Positions 1-8,357 of a stretch of DNA of 64,000 nucleotides are shown here, in pieces. The position numbers and the translations under genes are program-made. Below the pieces are notes generated by a model that saw only the letters and a program-made list of their open reading frames with translations, had not been told where the DNA came from and made no database searches. Within the stretch, counting starts at the first letter, position 1; each line of letters starts with the position of its first letter. The stretch spans positions 78,070 through 142,069 of the forward strand of contig CBDUQR010000001.1 of NCBI GenBank assembly GCA_965369655.1. The letters are read 5' to 3'. The DNA comes from an uncultured bacterium. GTDB taxonomy: Bacteria > Zixibacteria > MSB-5A5 > JAABVY01 > JAHJOQ01.

Positions 1-66
1 ACAACGCTACTGCTTCTCGGCGCCGGGCTGCTCGGCGGCGGCATCCTTAGGAAAAGAATTCGATAG
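1..66 (+). CDS. 3' end of a PEP-CTERM-anchored protein (partial; the gene starts upstream of the window)
   Basis: The frame-1 translation ends ...TTLLLLGAGLLGGGILRKRIR*. That is a hydrophobic helix followed by an Arg/Lys tail, the signature of a PEP-CTERM sorting signal, and it is identical in style to the C-terminus of the next gene. Confidence 0.45.
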   Translation, partial: TTLLLLGAGLLGGGILRKRIR

Positions 67-81
67 AGTCAGGAGGCTATT

Positions 82-735
82 ATGACAAAAGTTATTGCAA
101 CAGTTGCGCTGGCCGTAATCATGACTCTGGCGATCTCGACACCCGGTCATGCCTGGTTCCTCGATTTCGAGTGGGCACTCGGCCAAAACTGGCAGGACAT
201 CTCGAACGATGTTTCCGGGCTTAACTTCACCACGACAGACGGTAACGACTGGCTGTATGCGGACATCAATTCCGGCATGTACAATGTGCAGAATAATCTT
301 GGCGACTGGTACGGGAGTGGTGAGTGGCACCTGAGTGAATATGTTTTCGCATGGCTTGGACCGCACCAGGATGCCGGTCGTATCGATTTCCTGAACAAGG
401 ATGCGTCGTTCTTCACGGTTGGTTACAACTCGTTCTTCAATTTTTATGTCGAAGCGTACGACGAATTCGACAACATGATCGATGTAACAATCGGCCCTCC
501 GAATACCATGTCGTACGGTGGTACCGGGCTCGACTATCTGACTGTCAATGCCCCGGGCAATGATATGGCATATGTCATTCTTCATGACACTGGCGACATG
601 TGGCTGGTAGATAATATGTCCGGTGACGCGAGCGGAGTCGATGAAACGCCCATTCCCGAGCCGGCAACGCTTCTGCTGCTCGGCACAGGTCTGATTGCTG
701 GCGGAATCCTCCGTCGCAAGTACCGCAGGAAGTAG
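82..735 (+). CDS. PEP-CTERM sorting-domain protein with an N-terminal signal peptide
   Basis: N-terminal signal peptide MTKVIATVALAVIMTLAISTPGHA. The C-terminus is PIPEPATLLLLGTGLIAGGILRRKYRRK, i.e. a PEP motif, a TM helix and a basic tail. A GGAGG lies 8 nt upstream of the ATG. Confidence 0.75.
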   Translation: MTKVIATVALAVIMTLAISTPGHAWFLDFEWALGQNWQDISNDVSGLNFTTTDGNDWLYADINSGMYNVQNNLGDWYGSGEWHLSEYVFAWLGPHQDAGRIDFLNKDASFFTVGYNSFFNFYVEAYDEFDNMIDVTIGPPNTMSYGGTGLDYLTVNAPGNDMAYVILHDTGDMWLVDNMSGDASGVDETPIPEPATLLLLGTGLIAGGILRRKYRRK

Positions 736-761
736 TCACACAGCAATACTTCGATTTACGA

Positions 762-788
762 GGGGTCGCTCACGCGGCCCCTTTTTCT
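762..788 (+). terminator. Rho-independent terminator after the PEP-CTERM gene
   Basis: ggggtcgc-tcac-gcggcccc hairpin (8-bp stem with one mismatch) followed immediately by tttttct. Confidence 0.6.
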
Positions 789-944
789 ATCCGAAAAACT
801 CGATCGAACAGGTTCCACAAGTGCGGAAAGGGCTGCGGACTGCTGACAGGAAGCAGATTAAACGGTGACCGATAGATACAAATAAAGCGGCCCGCCTGCA
901 AGCAGACAAACCGCCCGAGATTAGTTCGTACCCCTTCCGACCAC

Positions 945-2315
945 TTATACGACAAGAAGCTTCATCAGTTCCGAGATCGAATCGACCTTTTCGAGATTGT
1001 AGACGGCATCCCTGATCCTGGTTCTGCGATCATCAGAGAGAAAATCTGCGGTCAGACCGTAGAACTTGTCAATCAGATCATTGTCCGTCATCGTCTCCCT
1101 CGGATCGCCTTTCGCATAATCGACTCGCTGTGAGAGCGTCTTCCCTGTCTTCATCCCGATATCGACAACTGATGGTTGCAGCTTCGGGAATTCGGCTTCG
1201 AGTCGAGCATCGGCTACGACTTTGATCTTCTGGATCAGATCGATCAGCTTCTGATCGGCGATCCGTTCTTTCTTGAATTGCAGCGGCGTCACCATTCTAT
1301 CCATGATAGCCGCCCCGACACAGTAGGGCATCGAGTGATCGGCAGTCTCTTTCGACGTCGGATGATACTTCGTTGGATCAGCCAGGATATCGACAGCGCG
1401 CGCGATTGTATGCACGGTGACTTCTTCGACATCCTCCCACTTGATGTCATGCTCTTTCACCAGTTTCAGCGCAGCGGTAACTGGGGACTGGGTAAGGAAC
1501 TCAGTTGGGAACGCTTTGAACGAACAATCCTTGATCTTGAATTGACTTCCGAGACCATCGAACAATGCTTCTTCTTTGTAGCCCTCTCCCATCTCCTGAC
1601 AGAATCCCTCTTTGCCCTCGAAGATCGCTTCGGTACCGATATACCCCTGTTGCGCGAGTAGTGCCGCGAGAACTCCCGACTGTGTCGCCATCGGATCGAC
1701 AGTGTTTTTCATCATGGTCAACTTGCCGGCGGCGACAGCGCCGAGCGTGAAATTGTGGCAGCCCGAAATGCCAACTGCATTAGTGAGTTGATCGACATTC
1801 AGACCGAGCATCTTTCCGGCGACAAGGGGCGATATAAACTGTGTCAATGTTGCATGGTGCCAGCCGCGCTCACGAATTCCGGGAGTGACATACTCGCAGA
1901 GCCGCATCTCAAGTTCGTGACCGATGATGATACCGACCAGGATATCCTTGCCTGACTTGCCCTCGCGCTCCCCAACCGCAAGCGCCGCAGGGATTATGTC
2001 TGACGGATGCGACGGGTCCTCTTTCCAGTATATATCGTTGTAATCCATTACGCGAACCATCAGAGCATTCGCCAGCGTTGCCATGAAAGCATTTGTCCTG
2101 AAACCGGTAGCGATAAGAGTTGCCTCCGGCGTTCCGCCGAGATTTTCAATGACGCTCAGAGACATTTTGCAGTCCTCGGCTCGATGTCCGCCGAGCGCGC
2201 ATCCCAGTGTGTCGAACAGGAATCTTTTTGCGTGACGAATCGATTCGCTGTCGATGTCATTGAATTTCAGATTGTACACGAACTCGGCGAATCGTCTCGA
2301 AATTGTCTTTTCCAT
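945..2315 (-). CDS. MmgE/PrpD family protein (2-methylcitrate dehydratase-like)
   Basis: 456 aa. The N-terminus FAEFVYNLKFNDIDSESIRHAKRFLFDTLGCALGG is typical of MmgE/PrpD, and the length and composition fit the family. Confidence 0.75.
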   Translation of the reverse strand: MEKTISRRFAEFVYNLKFNDIDSESIRHAKRFLFDTLGCALGGHRAEDCKMSLSVIENLGGTPEATLIATGFRTNAFMATLANALMVRVMDYNDIYWKEDPSHPSDIIPAALAVGEREGKSGKDILVGIIIGHELEMRLCEYVTPGIRERGWHHATLTQFISPLVAGKMLGLNVDQLTNAVGISGCHNFTLGAVAAGKLTMMKNTVDPMATQSGVLAALLAQQGYIGTEAIFEGKEGFCQEMGEGYKEEALFDGLGSQFKIKDCSFKAFPTEFLTQSPVTAALKLVKEHDIKWEDVEEVTVHTIARAVDILADPTKYHPTSKETADHSMPYCVGAAIMDRMVTPLQFKKERIADQKLIDLIQKIKVVADARLEAEFPKLQPSVVDIGMKTGKTLSQRVDYAKGDPRETMTDNDLIDKFYGLTADFLSDDRRTRIRDAVYNLEKVDSISELMKLLVV

Positions 2316-2538
2316 CAGGTCATCCTCGTTCTTGCTATGCAGAACTTAGTCCGCGACATGCGATCTCACGGAATCCACTTTCAGGCGCGTAAACTAAGGT
2401 CGCCGCATGAAAAAGCAACCGAAAAAGGAATCACAGCGATCTGACATGATAGAAATCGGTTGATCCTTGTCGGCTTTTGAATTACGTTGCGCCAAAGGAA
2501 ATTGTGAAGCACAGTTCGATATCAGAGAGGAAAATGCA

Positions 2539-3060
2539 ATGAGCAGGACAGAGGAAAATCTCAAAGCGGCATTTGCCGGTGAATCGCAAGCCAGAAACAA
2601 GTACACGTATTTTGCGAAGGTGGCGAGGAAAGAAGGCTATCACTATATCGCGAAGATTTTCGAGGAGACCGCGGACAACGAAATGCGTCACGCAAAAGAC
2701 GAATTCGCTATGCTTGGCGGCATCGGCGATACGATTGCGAACCTGAAGGAAGCCATCGACGGGGAGAACTACGAGACCACCGAGATGTATCCTGAGTTTG
2801 CGAAAGCCGCCAAAGATGAAGACAACACTGCTGCGGCAACTTTGTTCGAGCAGATCGCCAAAGTCGAGGCGCATCACCGCGACCGGTACAAGAAGCTGCT
2901 CGATATGGTCGAGGCTGGAACGGTCTACAAACGCGAGAAACCGATCAAATGGAAATGCAGCGTGTGCGGGTATGTGCATGAAGGCACCGAACCACCGGAG
3001 AAGTGCCCGAGCTGTCAGCATCCGAAAGAATACTACGAACCGGCGAGTATGGATTTCTAA
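2539..3060 (+). CDS. rbr: rubrerythrin (ferritin-like diiron domain plus C-terminal rubredoxin-like CxxC...CxxC)
   Basis: MSRTEENLKAAFAGESQARNKYTYFAKVARKEGY...EMRHA, and a C-terminal CSVCGYVHEG...CPSCQHP. A gagagg SD lies 9 nt upstream of the ATG at 2539. The track ORF starts earlier, at 2467, and is probably an over-extension. Confidence 0.85.
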   Translation: MSRTEENLKAAFAGESQARNKYTYFAKVARKEGYHYIAKIFEETADNEMRHAKDEFAMLGGIGDTIANLKEAIDGENYETTEMYPEFAKAAKDEDNTAAATLFEQIAKVEAHHRDRYKKLLDMVEAGTVYKREKPIKWKCSVCGYVHEGTEPPEKCPSCQHPKEYYEPASMDF

Positions 3061-3169
3061 GTTTCATCGCGATGATATAGTATACAAAGAATCGCCGGGG
3101 CATCGCCTCGGCGATTGTGGTCGCTATATAGAACTTGGAGGATAAGCTCATGCTCAGTCCATTGAAGTG

Positions 3170-4027
3170 TTAGAATTCAGGTTCTGAACCAGCGTACTTT
3201 CTTACGAAACTTTCATTGAAGGTTTTAGACTTAAATGAGGCATATACCCATCGCTTGGCGGAAATAACTGTCCCCCGGTTGAACGAGTTAACTTGATTGT
3301 TGGTTAACGAAACAAAACAGTCTTCACCGTTCCCCCATCCAGCCACTACTGCCAAGTGTTTTGAAATCGGAAACGTCAGTGAGACATCTTTTGACAGAAG
3401 CCCAGAGGAGTATGCTTGTTTCGGACTGCGCCCGGGTACATTGTAGTAAACTGGGTTATCGGATGTGACGAATCTATGACCATCTGTAGATCGAGCAATG
3501 AACCACCTCATTCGTGAAATCAGAGTGGCGTACTTCCTAGCTGAATCCATTATTGCCAATTTCCACCCACTGTCGGCGACCTCTTCCCAAAATAAATCAT
3601 CTGCAAAGGAAGAGTCAACATGAGCAAAGTCCTCATCTTGCTCTCTTTTGCGACTCAAGTATCTGCGTGCCTGTCTCCTGTAATTAGGAACTCTGACCAG
3701 CATAACTGCGATGAAGTGTGAGAATTGGTTTTTCTGTAGACTGTCCAACTCGTGGTCAGACTCCAATGTTCGGACTATTTCAGCACAAGCACCCTCCAAA
3801 GGAGATAGGAACTCCTCAATTGACTGTGTGTCCTTTTCTTGATCCCTAAATTCAAGAGTGTGGAAATCCTTCATTACTCCTGCGTTTTTAGTAGAGACCT
3901 TCCTTATCAGCCCTCCATCCTTTTCATACATCCACAAAAACCGTTTGTCGCCTTTGGAAAGATGAGAATCGGCGAAGCCATTCAGATAGAACCGGGATAT
4001 GAAATGATGGCGCTTTGTCTGCCCCAT
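3170..4027 (-). CDS. DUF4238 family protein (candidate single-gene anti-phage protein)
   Basis: The N-terminus KRHHFISRFYLNGFAD matches the H-[FY]-[IV]-P/S-x-F-Y-L-x-x-F signature of DUF4238. It is 285 aa and stands alone, convergent with rbr. Confidence 0.55.
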   Translation of the reverse strand: MGQTKRHHFISRFYLNGFADSHLSKGDKRFLWMYEKDGGLIRKVSTKNAGVMKDFHTLEFRDQEKDTQSIEEFLSPLEGACAEIVRTLESDHELDSLQKNQFSHFIAVMLVRVPNYRRQARRYLSRKREQDEDFAHVDSSFADDLFWEEVADSGWKLAIMDSARKYATLISRMRWFIARSTDGHRFVTSDNPVYYNVPGRSPKQAYSSGLLSKDVSLTFPISKHLAVVAGWGNGEDCFVSLTNNQVNSFNRGTVISAKRWVYASFKSKTFNESFVRKYAGSEPEF

Positions 4028-4281
4028 AAGGACAAATGCTCCGATTGTGTTACTACTATACGCTCAAGATTCATCTACTGACTGGATTCCTGCCTTCGCA
4101 GGAATGACGCGATCTGTATGCTCTTGTGACAGCATAAACTCTCCTACACCAGTCCCATCTCTTTCATCATCGCCTTGATTTTTTGTGATGTGGCCGGTCT
4201 TGAACCTCTCGAGATTGACTGATTCAATTGTCCAAATGTATGCTAACAGCAATGCGCTGTCAATTTATCCCGATGGATGGA

Positions 4282-5214
4282 TCAAACATCTTCTGAATCT
4301 GACTGCAGAAGATGTTCGAGGGCATTTCGGAGATGAGGGAAAGCGAATTCAAAGCCGGATTCCAGGAGTTTCTTCGGGATGACTCTCTGACCGGCGAGGA
4401 CTGTCCCGACTGCCATCTTTCCAAGCACGAGCTTCGCAGCGAAAGCCGGAACCGATGCAGACGACGACTTGCTGAGCGTATCCCCGAGCGTTTTCGAAAA
4501 GTCCGCGTTTGACACAGGATTGGGAGCGACCAGATTCACCGGACCGTTTATGCCGTCGTTTTCGATCAGATGTTTGATGGCGGCGAGCCAGTCATCGAGG
4601 GCAATCCAGCTCATCATCTGCCTGCCACTCCCCATCTTCCCACCCAGACCCTTTTTGAACAATGGCAGCAGCTTCGCGAGCGCACCTCCCGCCGGAGTCA
4701 GCACAATGCCGGTTCTCATCAGGATCGTGCGTATTCCTGCATTCACGGCAGGTTTCGCGGCGTTTTCCCAATCCCGACAGACATTGGCGAGAAACCCCTC
4801 GCCGACCGAGCTTGATTCATCGAGCGATTCGTCCGGATCGCGATCGCCATAAATCCCGATCGCCGATGCGGACATGAACAGCGCAGGTTTCCTCTCCAAT
4901 CGCGCTATCGATTCGGCAAGAAACTGTGTCGTCTCAATCCTGCTGTCACGGATCAATTTCATGCGAGCATCAGTCCAGCGAGACTCGGCAATTCCGGCAC
5001 CGGAGAGATTTATGATGACATCGATGCCATCCAGCTTATCGACATTCAGGGTTCGCTCCAGTGGATTCCAGAGTACAGCCTCTGCGCCCGATTCATAGCG
5101 AGCATCGTCCCTGACCAGAACGACCACCGAGTGACCGTCACGAGTCAAAGCTGGAACCAGCGCCGATCCGAGCAGCCCCGATGATCCCGATATCGCGATT
5201 CGCATTGACATCAA
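4282..5214 (-). CDS. TIGR01777/YfcH-family NAD-dependent epimerase/dehydratase-like protein
   Basis: N-terminal Rossmann motif IAISGSSGLLGSALVPAL. At 310 aa with a C-terminal DUF1731-like region it is typical of YfcH. Confidence 0.65.
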   Translation of the reverse strand: MMSMRIAISGSSGLLGSALVPALTRDGHSVVVLVRDDARYESGAEAVLWNPLERTLNVDKLDGIDVIINLSGAGIAESRWTDARMKLIRDSRIETTQFLAESIARLERKPALFMSASAIGIYGDRDPDESLDESSSVGEGFLANVCRDWENAAKPAVNAGIRTILMRTGIVLTPAGGALAKLLPLFKKGLGGKMGSGRQMMSWIALDDWLAAIKHLIENDGINGPVNLVAPNPVSNADFSKTLGDTLSKSSSASVPAFAAKLVLGKMAVGTVLAGQRVIPKKLLESGFEFAFPHLRNALEHLLQSDSEDV

Positions 5215-5259
5215 TAATACTCAGTCTGTGATATCATGACGGAAATGCCGACCCGTGAT

Positions 5260-5919
5260 CTACGGTCTCTCTACGCTTACGGTTAATTTTGGCAAGCTGA
5301 ATATCTCCGCCTCGACAAGGTCGCCGTGGCGCAGCGCCCCCACACCTTTCGGAGTCCCGGTCATGAATACATCACCCGGTTCGAGCGTCATGAATCCGGA
5401 AACATATTCGATAACCTCACCCGGCGTGAAAATCATCTGACCGGTGTTGGCTGACTGCCGGAGTTCGCCGTTAACCGAGAGTTGGATGTCGAGAGAGAGG
5501 GGATCGAAATCGGTCGGTACCGAGACAAACTCGCCGAACACAGCGGCTGAATCGAAACATTTCGAGATTGTCCATGGTCCGCCTGATTTCCTGGCGGCAT
5601 CCTGAATGTCGCGAAGTGTCAGGTCGAGGCCGACTCCCCAGCACGAGATCAACTCCTGGGCATCGTCCGCCGACACAGACTTGCACTGTTCTGCTATCAC
5701 GAAACAGAGTTCTACCTCATGGTGCAGCGTTCCAAGCTTAGACGGAATGGTGATTCGATCTGCTCCAGCCGTTATTGATGAATTCGGCTTTAGGAATATG
5801 GTCGGTTCCGACATGGGCTTCGATCCGCCCATCTCCTGGATATGAGCGAGGTAATTTCTGCCCACGCAGATTATCTTGCCGGGAATGATCTTCGCCCCGA
5901 CAGCCTTTATGGTATTCAT
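5260..5919 (-). CDS. fumarylacetoacetate hydrolase (FAH) family protein
   Basis: GKIICVGRNYLAHIQEMG ... TGTPKGVG is the FAH/HpcE-type hydratase-isomerase pattern. 219 aa. Confidence 0.75.
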   Translation of the reverse strand: MNTIKAVGAKIIPGKIICVGRNYLAHIQEMGGSKPMSEPTIFLKPNSSITAGADRITIPSKLGTLHHEVELCFVIAEQCKSVSADDAQELISCWGVGLDLTLRDIQDAARKSGGPWTISKCFDSAAVFGEFVSVPTDFDPLSLDIQLSVNGELRQSANTGQMIFTPGEVIEYVSGFMTLEPGDVFMTGTPKGVGALRHGDLVEAEIFSLPKLTVSVERP

Positions 5920-5944
5920 TCAGCCAACTCCGATTGCCTTGCTC

Positions 5945-6103
5945 TTACATGGGAGCAAATTGATTTTTCTCCGCAGAACATACCGGACAGAGGAAATCAT
6001 CCGGCAGATCCTCGAACAGAGTACCCGGCTCGATGCCGTTTTCAGGATCGCCTTCTTCCGGATCATAGACCCAGCCACAGACGGTGCATACATATTTTTG
6101 CAT
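5945..6103 (-). CDS. rubredoxin (52 aa; absent from the ORF track because it is under 60 aa)
   Basis: Manual reverse-strand translation gives [52 protein letters not shown]. It has the CxxCG...CPxC rubredoxin knuckles. GGAGGAATTG precedes the ATG. Confidence 0.8.
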   Translation of the reverse strand: MQKYVCTVCGWVYDPEEGDPENGIEPGTLFEDLPDDFLCPVCSAEKNQFAPM

Positions 6104-6192
6104 CAATTCCTCCTCGGATCGAGACTATCATTACGTGAGAATACCAGTCGCGGAATGCGGTGTCAAGAGCGCAAATGCAATATGGAAGCTCC

Positions 6193-6714
6193 TCAGCGGC
6201 TGCCGGAGAAGAGAGCATGTGCGATAAGACCGGCAATCGGCGGGAATATGAGCGTGCTGGCGAACCTGATCGCTGTCAGTTTCCATCCGAGGACGCCGAT
6301 CTCCATTGGTATCCTGCTGACTGCGTAAAGGGACCATCCGGTCAGGAATGCAACCATAGTGCCGACGCCAGCCCCTGATCGCAGAAGACCCGCAGCGATT
6401 GGAAGGCTTACATACGGTCCCCCGGGCGTCAGACCACCAGCTAACGATCCAATCAGAATCCCTCGTAAACCCGATTCTTCGCCTACCCATTTTGCGACAG
6501 TCTCCTGAGGAATAAGCGTCTGGACCATGCCCGCGATGATAAATGCAAACGCAAGAAGCGGGACAATCTCGATAGTCATATTGTACGCCGATTTGAGACC
6601 GGCGATATGCGCGCCTTCACCGCCGCGATATCCGAGATACAACAGCACAGCGGCGAGTATCCCCATGATTATTGTAGGAATCAGCATGTTGTTTTTCTTT
6701 CGTTTGGGCGGCAT
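6193..6714 (-). CDS. small polytopic membrane protein, DUF318/half-size permease-like
   Basis: 173 aa with 4-5 predicted TM helices and Gly-rich loops (SLAGGLTPGGPYVSLPIAAGLLRSGAGVG). It resembles the half-size subunits of two-component permeases. The family assignment is tentative. Confidence 0.4.
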   Translation of the reverse strand: MPPKRKKNNMLIPTIIMGILAAVLLYLGYRGGEGAHIAGLKSAYNMTIEIVPLLAFAFIIAGMVQTLIPQETVAKWVGEESGLRGILIGSLAGGLTPGGPYVSLPIAAGLLRSGAGVGTMVAFLTGWSLYAVSRIPMEIGVLGWKLTAIRFASTLIFPPIAGLIAHALFSGSR

Positions 6715-6746
6715 CTATGGATACCTGTTTATAAGTCGAATCATTA

Positions 6747-8354
6747 TCAGAAACTCTTCCTCTTGAATTTGCGGCGAAGAGCGAGAACAAATAGAGCAAT
6801 CAGTGAAGCTACAAACAGTGTCTCTAATATGATGAGTGTCTCCTGCCAACCGAATCTAAGATATAAATCCATTTTGTCCCGGTTAACCCAAAGTAGCTTG
6901 AGATTGATTATGCACACATCGAAGTATACACCTTCAGAAAAATCTTCCCAAATGATACCGGGCTTTAGGCGGACAACGTCCGAATCGTAGCCCTCAAACT
7001 CATGAGCAACTTGATTTACAAAATAACTGTCAGTATCCACATTAACACCATAATGCAAGAGCAATAGCGGAATAAAGAGAAGAATAAACGCCAGCAGCCC
7101 TAACGGCCTTCTATAGCTTTCGCCGTAGTTGCTTACAAGCTTGTACCAAATGTCGAGACAGATGAAACTTCGCCACCACCCCTTAGATTTTCTAACCATT
7201 TCCCTTTCACCAACATAGAAATCACCAGCCTCCGGGTATCTATAACTTTCGCCGTAATTGGCTTGGAGTCTCCTGAATAATTGAGCGACAGCTTGATACT
7301 CACGTGCCTCAGATGATGCGCTCAACAGTTGCTCGTCAAAAACCGACTTTCTTCGTGTGGGGTAAAGGAATCGGAGTATTGAAACTAGAGAACTCGGCAC
7401 ACTAAGTTTGGATCCTATTGACACTATTGCTCGAATCAATCTCCCTGAGCGATGCTCCGCCCAGCGAACATAGGAGATATCTACTTTGCTGATATCACAT
7501 CCACTGAGTTGTACGTTTGACATGTCGATGTCTTCAAATCGGACCTTCTCAGGTGCACTGAATTTACACATTCGCATATCTGATCCACAGAGAAACTCAG
7601 TGTTGCGAAAGATAACCTCGTTCCTAAATACAGTCCGTGTGAAGCTAACATTCAAGAATTTTGTCTTGATAAAACTGGCTCGGCCATCAAAAGTTGTGGA
7701 TTGAATCCCTTCAATTTCCATTAGCTCAATCGTCGAGAAGAGAGTTCTACGATACATCTTTGCTAAGTTGAAGGAGACCTCTTTATTGAAATGAACATTT
7801 CGGAAATCCGCTACACACCAAAACCAGCAATGCCGGAAACTGGCTTTTCCCTCAAAAGTACATAATTTGAAGTCAGCTTGCTTATTGGTATCCCCGTCAC
7901 CAGTGCCAAACTTGCACCCGTCGAAATTAGTATTTTGAAAGAAAGTTGATCCCGCAAACGTTACAGACATGCCGAATTTTGTACCTGTTGAAAACCTCGT
8001 TTTCCCACGAAACTCACATTTGTGATAATAGACATTATCTCTGAATTCTGAGAAAGAGAAGTCAACTTCGTAAAAGACTGAGTGACTGAAATACACTGGC
8101 TTATAGATGATACGATGCGAAGCGGTCAAGCTACCATGCGGAAAGTGAACCCTGGTCAGATCGTGACAATCTTCTGTTGGATCGCCAAAAACCGCTTCAA
8201 GTTCGTTTGTGAAATCTGTAAGGTTCTTTGTTGGGCGCTGATCGTGCAAGATGCAGTGGTGAAATATCTGGTCATCCCAATTATAACCATATGCCCGTCT
8301 CCCGCACTCCTTTCCATTTGCCATTCTTTCTCTGCAAGTATCAGACATGGTCAA
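6747..8354 (-). CDS. pentapeptide-repeat protein with N-terminal Cys/His cluster and two C-terminal TM helices
   Basis: Around residues 90-300 there are many A(D/N)LxF-type pentapeptide units (FSFSEFRDNVYYHKCEFRGKTRFSTGTKFGMSVTFAGSTFFQNTNFDGCKF...). The N-terminus reads CGRRAYGYNWDDQIFHHCILHD. The C-terminus carries a tandem NYGESYRYP/NYGESYRRP pair followed by two hydrophobic helices. Confidence 0.6.
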   Translation of the reverse strand: MTMSDTCRERMANGKECGRRAYGYNWDDQIFHHCILHDQRPTKNLTDFTNELEAVFGDPTEDCHDLTRVHFPHGSLTASHRIIYKPVYFSHSVFYEVDFSFSEFRDNVYYHKCEFRGKTRFSTGTKFGMSVTFAGSTFFQNTNFDGCKFGTGDGDTNKQADFKLCTFEGKASFRHCWFWCVADFRNVHFNKEVSFNLAKMYRRTLFSTIELMEIEGIQSTTFDGRASFIKTKFLNVSFTRTVFRNEVIFRNTEFLCGSDMRMCKFSAPEKVRFEDIDMSNVQLSGCDISKVDISYVRWAEHRSGRLIRAIVSIGSKLSVPSSLVSILRFLYPTRRKSVFDEQLLSASSEAREYQAVAQLFRRLQANYGESYRYPEAGDFYVGEREMVRKSKGWWRSFICLDIWYKLVSNYGESYRRPLGLLAFILLFIPLLLLHYGVNVDTDSYFVNQVAHEFEGYDSDVVRLKPGIIWEDFSEGVYFDVCIINLKLLWVNRDKMDLYLRFGWQETLIILETLFVASLIALFVLALRRKFKRKSF

Positions 8355-8357
8355 CCA

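Noticed and set aside
4083-4102. Perfect hairpin attcctgc-cttc-gcaggaat downstream of the yfcH-like gene
   Set aside because: It could be a terminator for the minus-strand gene, but there is no adjacent U-tract on either strand. It was noted only as a structured element and is possibly related to the tetraloop hairpins of the repeat family.
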